Assembly: GCF_006345805.1 (NCBI RefSeq)
Contig: NC_042999.1
Span: 82,088,001-82,152,000, forward strand
Direction of reading: 5' to 3'
Source of the DNA: Octopus sinensis
Taxonomy: Eukaryota
Length of the DNA: 64,000 nt
The position numbers and the translations under genes are program-made. This document shows positions 53,873 through 64,000 of this stretch, piece by piece; position 1 is the stretch's first letter, and the number at the start of each line of letters is the position of its first letter. The notes under the pieces are model-generated. The model worked only from the letters and a program-made list of their open reading frames with translations, made no database searches and had not been told where the DNA came from.

Positions 53873-55859
53873 TATTTCAACAATTTTGCCACTAGAGCAG
53901 CACACAGAGTAGCTACGGGCTGGACAAAGACATTAATGGATGATGGTGGTGGTGGATGAAGATGGTGATGGGAGAAGTCAAAAAGCGCCCGCCGACTCTT
54001 GCTTCTCTAAAACAATGTTCTTTTTTTCCAATAATTTTACAAAATTTCCAAAATTTTACAAAAATTCAAAAATTTCAAAAAAAATTCCAAATTTTACAAT
54101 TTACGATTTCAAAAGTTTTTCCAGAGGCAATAAACCTCTATCGCAATATAACCCAAATACAGGTTCACGTTACCTGACCGATGAACGCTCTTGCTTTAAT
54201 GACGCAATCGTTCTTCGTTAGGCCCCCGCATATAGGTATAACTTGCAAGACATCCTCCGGGAAAGAATTCTCGATCCTGCACATATCATTTTCGAGTAGG
54301 ACCTCCGCAGCCAGCTGCGAAGGCCACTCGGGATACTCCATGCAGGACCGAAGTCCCTCCCATTGGTTTCTCTTCCTCATCTTACCTATTTCATTCTCTA
54401 GTGTACCTCCTTTGTGGAAGAGGACCACATAATATTTCTCCGGCCCCACAACCACCGGAGGACACATGGGAGACGCCGTCTGCGTGTTACAATCCGCTGG
54501 CGGCGTTCCGTTTCTTTTCTTTCTTTTTTTCTTTTTACCCTGGGCCACGGGAGGCTGAGGCTCCGGCGTTGCACACGCCGGGTCCACTCTCTCTCCCGTA
54601 GCCTCCGGGTTCTTCAGCGGGTCACCATTGTCTCCCACTTTTCGCTTTCTCGTCTAGGAAGTCACCGCTTCCTCGCTCTGCTTCTCTCCCTCCACTGGTG
54701 GGGCAGGGAGAGGCTCTGATATCAACTGCTCCAGGATCCTACTCTTGTCCCTGGGGCAGTTCTTCTTAATGTGGCCGGTCTCCAAACACAAGTGACACTT
54801 GGGGGGGGCGTCCCTCAAGCATCATCGGATACTTGGACCCGGCCATCCTCAAAAAGTCCGGCAAAACCAGACTCTTGGCTGACTGGGTCCATAGAGTCAA
54901 AGTAGCCTTTGACCCCTCCCAATCAGCCGCAGGCTGCATTCTTACGTTCAGGATCTTGGCGCTACCACCACTCAGAACCCGGCGGATAGTATCTTCCACC
55001 CACTCGGGCTCAAAGCCGGGTGGCAGGCCGCAGACCCGTAATCTTATTAATTTTTCTCCCTTGTAGCTTGGGAGAAACAAAATCTCTTCGCCCTCAATGG
55101 GCTTGCTTGCGAAATTGCAAGCTGCTTTTGGGGAGTCAAACAGCAACCAAATCGTTGCGTATTTGGCTCCCCGTTGAATGTATGTAACGGCTGGCATATA
55201 GTCTGCCAGCTCGTTCATAATAGTGGCTTTCGGAAAAACCATTATGGTGTTGAGTGACTTTGAATAAGTCCTCAACACCACGGTTTTGTCCTCCAGCTCC
55301 TTCAGGTAACCCTTCGGAGGTGTTAACTCCCATATGGTTAACTCCTTTTTTGCCATAACAAAAGTCCAATAATAAAAAAATAAAAAACACAATGACGGAA
55401 CAGAAAGACAGAGCAGAGAAAAGGACGAAGGAAGACAGTTCAAATAATGGCAACACAGTTCTGCAACTGGTAATCCTCACGAAACAGGGTACTCCAGTTG
55501 CAGCACACTTGGTTCTCCGTGGTAAATCCAAGCACAATTGGTTCTCCGTGGTAAATCCAAGCGAACAAATTAATTTTTGAGGAGGGGCTATGCCTCTCAA
55601 AACACACAATTCTCACTAAAAGGTGAGACAATAAATATGCCAACAGGCAGAACAAATACCTCCGAAGCAAAGTGAAGCTTGTTACGCGCAGAAAAGTGTT
55701 AACACTAATTAACATTAATGCCAAAAAAGTATTAACGGCATGCAACAAACCTCACTATGCTTCTAAAAATATCCAAAATGTCATACCTGTTGCCGAAAAT
55801 GTTCAATAATTCACGTTAACACGTGACATTTGCCGGAGCAAAAAACAGCATGTCTGTCT
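53873..55859 (-). mobile_element. ORF1-only L1/Tx1-like element, copy B (1987 bp)
   Basis: Same architecture; 5' UTR and 3' block very similar to copy A. Confidence 0.8.
54165..55356 (-). pseudogene. ORF1p-like protein B (~396 aa if repaired)
   Basis: MAKKELTIWE... start at 55356; +1 in the G8 run at 54801-54808 before CHLCLETGHIKKNC; TAG at 54654-54656; ends ARAFIGQVT*. Confidence 0.85.
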
Positions 55860-55874
55860 GGTAAGAAGCTACTT
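55860..55874 (-). repeat. Target-site copy 3 (AAGTAGCTTCTTACC)
   Basis: Plus strand ggtaagaagctactt. Confidence 0.95.
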
Positions 55875-57959
55875 TATTTTATTTTATTTGCCACTTAGGG
55901 CATCACACAGAGATAGCGGTAGCTCCGGGCTGGACAGGGACATTAATGGATTATGGTAATGATGGATGAAAATGGTGATGGGAGAAGTCAGAAGCGCCCG
56001 TCGACCTCTGCTTCTCTAATACAATGTTCTTTTTACAATGTTTTTAAATTTTACAAAATTCAAAATTCAAAAATTTCAGAAAATAACAGTGTTCAATGAA
56101 TACATTTAGTAAAATGTTCAAAAATGTTCAAAATGTTCAAATTACATTTTTTCAGACGAGGTGATAAACCTCCTCTTCAACATGTTTAAAAATGTTCAAA
56201 ATGTTCAAAAAGTGTTCAACAATTCTCCCCGTCAGGTCCCCCAAGCAAATTGTCTTGCCGGCTGCAGACAACTCTGCGACGACAAGTCGGGGCCTGCGAA
56301 GAGAAAGGTAAAGTGCCTTCTTTCAAAGGTCTCTGCGACCCTTGATAAGATAGCCTCCGTTACCCTTTCCGCAGCTACCCGCGGAGGCCATAACGGATTT
56401 CTTGAGCCGACCGCGCCCTTGCGCTCTCGGTCGCTCAAGCCATTCAAGAAATCTTCCACCTCCTCTCCCTTGTGGTAGAGGAGGAGAAGCATCTCCTCTT
56501 CACAGGAAGGGACCTCCAGTGGCTCACTTCCTACTGGCGGAGCCTTGTCCGCGGGTGGCACACATCCCACCCGCGGCCTCGTCGGCGACACAGAAACGTC
56601 AGACGTCCGACCTCTCCTTTTTCTCCTCCTTCTTTTGGGGGAGACTGCTAACCCAGGGGACTCCCCCTCCGCCCCCTGAGCGTTCTTTGGTGGGCAACCA
56701 CTGTTGCTCGCCAGCCTCTTTCTTTTCGTGGAGGCAACCTCCTCCACGACTTCCACCGTCTCCCCCTCCAATGAGGGGACGGCGGGCACCTTTTCCTTTT
56801 CATGTTCTGGGGCGGCACCACGGCCCCCGGGACACTTCTTCTTAATATGTCCAGGCTCCGAGCACCGGTGACACTTGGTGGGGCGTCCCTCAAGCATCAC
56901 CGGGTACCTGGACCCGGCCATCTTCAGGAAGTCCGGAAAAACCAGACTCTTGGCCGACTGGGTCCACAGAGTCAAAGTGGCCTTTGACCCTTCCCAGTTA
57001 GCCGCAGGCTGCATTTTAACGTTGAGGATCTTGGCGTCCCTGTCACCCAGCCCCCGGCGGACAGAGTCTTCTATCCACTCGGGTTCAAAGCCGGGCGGCA
57101 GGCCACAGACCCACAAACGTAACAGTTTTTCCCCCCTGTAACTGGGGAGAAACAGAATTTCATTGCCCTCAATGGGCTGGCTTGCACATTTGCAAGCTTC
57201 TTCGGCGGAGTCAAATAGCAACCAGACCGTTGCGTACTTGACCCCCCCGTTGTATATGTTTAACGGCTGGCATATAATCAATGGTATCTCTCGGAAAGAC
57301 CATTATGGTGTCGAGTACCTTTGAAAATGTTCTCAGCACCACGGTTCTTTCCTCAAGATCATGTAAATATTTTTTTGGGAGGTGCCAACTCCCACACAGT
57401 AAAATTCCTTGCCTTCGCCATAACGTAAAATACAATAGTTCAATAATAACTAAATTTAGCCACAGAAAGGAGAATAAAAATGTAACAGAAGGGAAGAAAA
57501 AATAAAAATGGCAGTTCAAAAAGGTTTTTAACAAATAAATGATAGAAGAGAAAGAGAGTTCAAATTAGGCAAAGGAATTCAGTTTTCTTTTTTTCTCACT
57601 TCTTCGGCCAGAATGTAATCCGTGCCAAATGCATTGGTAAGACCCTTGGTAAACAATCCTTGGTAATCCCGTGGACACACAATGACGATTTCACAATAAT
57701 CTCTTCAGCCGGACCAAGCCGCTTCAAAAATACAATTTCTTTCGCTCGACACAGGCAGAAAAATTACACTCGGAGAAAAGTGGAGCCTTATTACTTGCTA
57801 AAAAATATTAAACGTTAAAAAACATTCATGCAAGCAATAAAGCTTCACTAAACCCACAAAAACACAAAATTCCTACCTTTAGTCGAGACGACAGTTCAAT
57901 ATTTCACGTTGAAACAACGAGACATCGGAGCAGCAAAAAACACGTCTAACTCAGACGAA
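55875..57959 (-). mobile_element. ORF1-only L1/Tx1-like element, copy C (2085 bp)
   Basis: Same architecture; diverged 5' UTR; (TAAAA)n-like 3' end. Confidence 0.8.
56232..57421 (-). pseudogene. ORF1p-like protein C (395 aa if two homopolymer +1 indels are removed)
   Basis: MAKARNFTVWE... start at 57421; T7 run 57370-57376 and C7 run 57242-57248 each one base too long; intact CHRCSEPGHIKKKC; no in-frame stop in the 349-aa distal frame. Confidence 0.85.
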
Positions 57960-57997
57960 GGTAAGAAGCTACTTACTACACAGCCACCCCTGCGCTT
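57960..57997 (-). mobile_element. Host SINE family A 5' head, including target-site copy 4 (57960-57974)
   Basis: Minus strand agcgcaggggtggctgtgtagt-aagtagcttcttacc matches the heads at 8532, 18460 and 21540. Confidence 0.9.
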
Positions 57998-58227
57998 ATG
58001 TATATGTATAAAAAACATTGTCAGTCTGAAACTATGTCATGTCGATAAGTTTTTTTTGAGTGCAAATCGTACTCTGCTGTGAAAATAAAGGAAATATTTA
58101 TTGAAACAAAAGAACATAATATATATTATGTCCCATTAATATAGGATGTGCAAAAGTGGACACAAGTAAAATAGAATGCAAATGATTATAAGTTACCGAA
58201 AATCAGTTTAATATACAGCAGAATTAA

Positions 58228-58448
58228 GGTGGCGAGCTGGCAGAAACGTTAGCACGCCGGGCGAAATGCTTAGCGATATTTCGTCTGTTATTACGTTCTG
58301 AGTTCAAATTCCGCCGAGGTCGAACTTGCCTTGCCTTTCTTCCTTTCGGCGTCGATAAATAAGTACCAGTTGCATACTGGAGTCGATCTAATCGACTGTT
58401 CCCCCTCCCGAAAAATTTATGGCCTTGTGCCTAGTGTAGAAACGAATA
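58228..58448 (+). mobile_element. SINE family B
   Basis: ggtggcgagctggcagaaacgttagcacgccgggcgaaatgc. Confidence 0.9.
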
Positions 58449-59404
58449 TATAGTAGAAAGAGTTTAGAAATAAATGACAGTGTGAAAGTGGTTTAGACAA
58501 ATAGGAAAAAAAAAACTGTGTGAAGTGAATACGCTAGAATGAATCTGCGAATACACACTATTATAAGTTAATACTAAAGGAGATTAACTTTTTTAACAGA
58601 TTACGTCAAAGTGTATTAAATAAAGTATTTTTTTAATGGTGTTTATATTAAAATCGCGCTAACTACGCTTTTGAACGTGGAGCTCTACGAGTATATAGAA
58701 TCTGAAATAATTATTGTATTAAGTAGTGGATGAAAAACATTAAAGAGTTAAACAAATGTTATAAAGCTTAATAAACTGAGCAATTTCCAGGAATATTTAG
58801 GTGGTTGATTTCATACCTTGAAGAATTAAATTTTAATCAAAAGTTAAATAAAATTAACAGTTTAGTAGATTGATTTAATGTTTCAAAGATCCATACCTCC
58901 ACTATGTTACTAATTCCGAATGAATAATATAATTGAAGGCTAAACATAAAGCTTGATATTCTTCTGAAGTGCACAGCTGACAAGAATTTTTATTGTTGTA
59001 AAGTTTTACAAAAAAATAACGATTTTCTATTGTGTCGGAATAGGTGTGCCAGCTCAACATCAAATTCATGATAGTGTGGATGCTGCTATTCTTTGATTTC
59101 GAAAAGATTGTGCGTGTAAAAAAGAACATCATTTTTAAAAGAATTAGGTTTATAGGAACTTATAGACGAGCTTGCTTTGACAGTGTTACAGTACCTCAAA
59201 GAGAACATACTTTCTTTTAGCTGATATGCAATATCGTGTATTCGTAAGATAATTCTGTAACACACTGTTCTAAAATTAGTTATCAAATAGATATAAAGTT
59301 CAAGCTAAGTTCATCCACAGCTACCGTAATGCCATTCCTTTTATTTTATCTGAAGTATGTTGATTATGCACACTAATGCGGGCAAATTTCTTTTATGTTT
59401 ACCT

Positions 59405-59780
59405 ATAGCGCATGAACAGCTGTGTGATGAGAAGCTTGCTTGACAATTGCACAGTTCCGGGTTCAGCCACATAGTGCGGATCGTTGGACAAGTGTCTTCG
59501 ACTATAGCTTCATAAGGATAAAAAGCCTTGTGAGTAGATCTGATAAAGAGAACCCAAAAGAAGCCCGTCGTGTATATGTGTGTGTGTCTTTGTGTCCATG
59601 TTTGTACCCCACAACCGCTTAACAACTACTGTTGGTGTTTCTGACGCTCACTTAACTTAGTGGTTAGACTAAAGATAGAATAAGTACCAAGCTTTATAAA
59701 CTTCATTCGAATGAAAAAAATTATTTAAGGTGGTGCTCTAGCATGACCACAGTCTAGTGACAGAAGGAAATAAAAGCTAG
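59405..59780 (+). mobile_element. SINE family A, degenerate
   Basis: gctgtgtgatgagaagcttgctt...ttccgggttcag...ggtggtgctctagcatg. Confidence 0.75.
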
Positions 59781-60044
59781 AAAATATTCCACTTTTGAAA
59801 AAATTAAATTCAAAAATTTATTAAAATACCAATTTTGTAATTATCATTCGTGAACATTTAATTTATAAACAATATATCTCTCAAAGTAAAATGACAATCA
59901 GGAGAAGACCTGGGTAGACAGAGTATGTTGATGAGATCGTAAATGGCGACGAAAGAACTTTAAGAAACCTAGCTGATTGAATTATTAACTATTAATCAGA
60001 CATTTGTTTAGGTAACAATTCCCTAATAATATTCCTTTCTACTA

Positions 60045-60410
60045 CAGGCACGACTGGAACTTATTTTATCGACCCCGAAAGGATGAAAGGAGGAATTTGG
60101 ACTTAGCATTATAAAGCCGGAAGAAATACCGCGAACTATTTTGTCCGGCATGCTAGCGATTCGGCCAGCCTGCCGCCTTAAATTAACTAATAATAACACT
60201 TTCTGCTAAAGGTACGAGGCCTGAAATTCTGGGGTGGGTGCTAGTCAATTACATTGACCTCAGTGCCTAACTGGTATTTATTTCATCGACCCCGAAAGGA
60301 TGAGAGGCAAAGTCGACCTCGTTGGAATTTGAACTCAGCACGTAAGGACCGAAGTGCCGCTAAGCATTATATCCGGCGCGTTAACGATTCTGTTAACCCA
60401 CCGCCTTAGA
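60045..60410 (-). mobile_element. Two tandem SINE family B copies
   Basis: tcgaccccgaaaggatga occurs twice; both end ccgcctta. Confidence 0.75.
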
Positions 60411-62012
60411 TTAACTAGTAATAATAAAAGTAAAATAGAATCAGTTGACTATTATTATAATGGTATTATAATCAGATATTATGCCAAAGTAGATCAACTT
60501 TGAATGTCTATAAGTCATGTATCTCAATTTTCTTGTATGAAAACGATTAATAAAATATACCTACATCTGTAACATTAGGAATTCGGTACAATAAAACTTG
60601 CTAGTCACTCTATTCAAATTGACACATATGCCTAAATCTGAACTAAGTTTCTCAAACAAAACTTTTACCATATATATAATCACAGCCCGCCGTCTATTCT
60701 CTGCCTATTAACTATGCATTCAACGCCACGGAATATCGGCTATTACTCGTCATTCTACAATATTATTTATATCGGTAATTTGATTTCACTATTAAGACAA
60801 ATTTGCTTGATCTTCAGTAACTTTAGCATCTTTATATAAAACAGATGACTATTTTAGATAATTTATCTTTTTGGTAAAACATGAAGTCGTAATCACATCT
60901 TACATAGACGCATATGCGTATATTCCTAACGGCAATGCGTATAAAACCTATATATATATATATATATACGTGTGTGGGGGTGTCTGTGTGATATTTATTA
61001 GATTATTGTCATTACCCAATTTGATATGTCTGCAGAAAACTGGAGCAAAATCGCACAGCATCCGCTTGCCAAAATCTCAGCGTAGACGCAATGGAGAGTT
61101 ACTAACGCATTACGTTTTAGTCAGTCAGCCATTACTGTTAATTCACCAAAAATAATGTTGTCTTTGAATGTGTGTAGTGAGCTAGTAGGTTCGTGGAAAA
61201 ACAAGGCGAACATATTTACCGAACTAAATATCAGCTCTTAGCGTACAGCATTTTAGCGTACATTCACACATATGTATCAACGTATACTCACACACAAACT
61301 CATACACACACACACAGACACACACACACACATACGTACATGCACATATGCATACACACATATCTATATACAAACGTGTAATTTGGCAAGAAAATAATGT
61401 AACACGAAAGCGAAAACCACTTATATAATGCGTTGCAATTCATTAAAAATATGTCTTCCGGCCACTATAAAATACTATACTTTAAATACAAGAGGCACAC
61501 ATTTATACACGGTAAATACAAATACACGTTTGAATTTCTTGGTACCGACAATAGTGCGAACTCCCAGTAGCGTAAACCACCTATGTAAGTGTAAGTACTG
61601 CGCATACGCATTTTTTACACAATTTATTAGCTTCTATGTCTTTTTAATGACTGATTCGTGTATATTTTTACATTTACTATATTTCATTTTCCATTTTAAG
61701 GTTTGGCTTTTATGTGTTCTTATTTTAAATATAAATTATGCTTTAAATATATGCTCCCCGACACTGACATCGTCAGATATATTGATTATGTGACAACTCA
61801 TTGATATAAAAAAAAGTGTTATCTTATGCATCATGCGTCGAAATAAAAGGTGAAAATGACGTAGTATTCGGTTATCTAATCTACTTTAATCTTGATATAA
61901 AGCTAACCTAACCAACAATCTAATCAAGCGTTTGTTTAATTCGTTGACCAAAAAAGTCAGTTGTTTGTCAGAATCCTTTCATCACCGTCGCGACCTTATC
62001 AATGCCATACTC

Positions 62013-62250
62013 CCTTGGCAGAATTTAAGCTCAGAACGTAGCAGCAGACGAAATACGGCGAAATGCGTTGCGGTATTTCGTCTGCCGCTACGTTTTGAGT
62101 TCAAATTCCGCCGAGGTCGACTCTGCCTTTCATGCTTTCGGGGTCGATTAAATAAGTACCAGTTACGCACTGGGGTCGATATAATCGACTTAATCCGTTT
62201 GTTTGTCCTTTTTTGTCCCCTCTGTGTTTAGCCCCTTGTGGGTAGTAAAG
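62013..62250 (+). mobile_element. SINE family B with inverted 5' duplication
   Basis: 62013-62056 is an imperfect reverse complement of 62073-62116. Confidence 0.75.
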
Positions 62251-63446
62251 AGATATATATTGATTAGTTATACTCTCACAAACATACTCCCACCCTTCAC
62301 TTCTCATAAAAATGGTCACCGCTACAGGTGAAAGAAAGCAGCGAATATATACGAAAACAAAGACAGAAAAAAAAACGGAGAATGTAACAAAAATACAAAT
62401 AACAAGACATAACAACAGGTGTCTTTCAACTAAGGACGAATTCATTTAAGCTGGTGTGTGTGGAAATAAAGCCTTACGGCAAGGTTACAAGATTTCACAG
62501 GCACAGGGAGGAATATAGATGTTGCACGGATGACGGCCGAACCAAGAAAAGACGATCAGTCTTGACCGAGGACCGGTCACGTAGGGAGAGAAGAAAGAGT
62601 TAAAGGCAGTGAGACAGAAGTGAAAAGAGAAAAGCATAAATGAGGTGTGCGCAGCGTATGTTTAGTACTTTCATTGTGAGAGGAAGTGTGCTTTACCAAG
62701 AGGAATAAATTATCTCCTGGGTTTGTTTTAGCTAAATTGAGTACAGAACTATCCATGGTAATATTTCGTTTCTCCTTTCCGTTAATTAAAACCTGAAATT
62801 ATTTATTCGTTTGCGTGCTTACAAGCTTAATTTCTTACTCCATTTTATGAAAACGCTTGTTTTCCGTCTTGTAAATCTCTATGTATTCCCGCAGTACTAA
62901 ATATTAAATACAGTTGGTCATAACTTTTCTTTAAATCTTCTTTCATATTTAACAACCGCTCATTGAAAGAAACTTCGTATTTTTAATTATCGTTAAATGG
63001 CCCTCTAGAAATAAGCGGCGAAATTTACTTAAAGCCTTTCATACATGATGGAATTTTTTGTATCAAAATCTACATACTGCTTACTTTCTCTTCCCAGATT
63101 CTTCAACTAAAAGCAGCCTATTTTCGTTTTCTTGCCCTCCAATATAGCCCGTCCACATTTATTTCGTTTCCCGTCCTCTTTCTATGACAGTTACTCAATA
63201 TATGTGTATAACAATCGCACACATTCAGCTTTTTTCAGTACTTTTAGCTCGAGAGCCCTTGCCGTGCTGGAGCGCTGTCGTTGATTTATAAATATATTAT
63301 AAAAATATATAAACATGTTGAATTCAATTTCAGAAATGCACACACATATATATGTACGTATGTATGTATGTATGTATGTATGCATGTACGTATGTATGTA
63401 TGTATGTATGTATGTATGTATGTATGTATATATATATATTTATATA

Positions 63447-64000
63447 TAATTTCAACAATTGAGGGCAAAATTAATTAATTATTAATCAATTTCACCAAGT
63501 GTTCAGTATGCAAAGGGACCATTCAAGGCGAATTCAAATTATTACATTATATAAAAGGGCTTAGTAAAATAAATTACTTTGCCGCATACTGAACTCATTA
63601 GAAATAGCAGCCAAAAAACTTTTTTAAAGCTATTTCTAATACTTAAAGAAAATCTCTCTCATATATAGTGTTTGCTTAATTCAACTCACAAAAGTTTGGG
63701 GGTAAGGACATCGAAAAATCAAATGCTAAGGTTATTCGAGAACGTACGTTTCAAAATTAGGCAAAACAACATTTCTATCATCGGCTCAGAAATTCCTTGG
63801 TTTGGATTTGGAAACACTGAAAATAAGAACATACCCTTTCGAAGATCTGCTCCCAACTAACAGTGCCACCAAATGATGATAGAAAATGTTGTTTTGACTA
63901 ATCTTGAAACGTACGTTCTCGAATAACCTTAGCATTTGATTTTTCGATGTCCTTACCCCCAAACTTTTGTGAGTTGAATTAAGCAAACACTATATATGAG
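63447..64000. mobile_element. Fold-back element FB2, copy 2 (runs off the window)
   Basis: Homologous to 34785-35513; inverted arms ~63658-63782 and 63875-64000. Confidence 0.8.
63737..63788 (-). ncRNA. Hammerhead-like motif (FB2 copy 2, U4C variant)
   Basis: Minus strand tgag-CCGATGA-stem II-GAAA-cgtacg-TT-ctcg; a 5'-truncated plus-strand twin lies at 63874-63921. Confidence 0.5.

Noticed and set aside
51829-57959. Units as LTR-retrotransposon gag remnants
   Set aside because: No LTRs, primer-binding site or pol; a 15-nt duplication and A-rich 3' ends fit target-primed insertion instead.
51813-57974. Array as a recent segmental duplication or assembly artefact
   Set aside because: Units differ extensively, with synonymous changes, distinct lesions and a mosaic pattern; collapsed or duplicated assembly would give near-identical units.
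51813-57974. 15-nt repeat with regular spacers as a CRISPR-like array
   Set aside because: The spacers are homologous 2-kb coding elements in a eukaryotic context; the repeat is part of the SINE head.
57960-57974. Resemblance of the target (TTCTTACC) to the U2 snRNA site used by Keno elements (TTCTTATC)
   Set aside because: Only a 7-of-8 match, and both flanks are clearly SINE rather than U2; too weak to claim.

Overview
Eukaryotic, AT-rich, microsatellite-dense DNA. The SINE families resemble octopus/cephalopod repeats (from memory, not verified). I can support no host protein-coding gene; almost all predicted ORFs are microsatellite or antisense artefacts. The window holds about two dozen tRNA-headed SINE copies, a Penelope-like (PLE) RT/GIY-YIG relic, a Helitron helicase relic, mariner and Tc1 fragments, four R4/Dong-like LINE 3' fragments next to (TAA)n, and four families of small fold-back elements with hammerhead-ribozyme-like cores. 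The standout is 51813-57974: three diverged ~2-kb minus-strand elements lie head to tail. Each encodes only an L1/Tx1-type ORF1 protein (RRM-like region, CCHC knuckle, basic linker, unnamed conserved C-terminal domain) and no endonuclease or RT. All sit inside the tRNA-derived head of one SINE, with a 15-nt target duplication (AAGTAGCTTCTTACC) at all four junctions. This looks like an ORF1-only, SINE-targeting, sequence-specific non-autonomous retrotransposon family that inserted three times at one site. All coordinates and identities were read or counted by hand; repeat boundaries are approximate.
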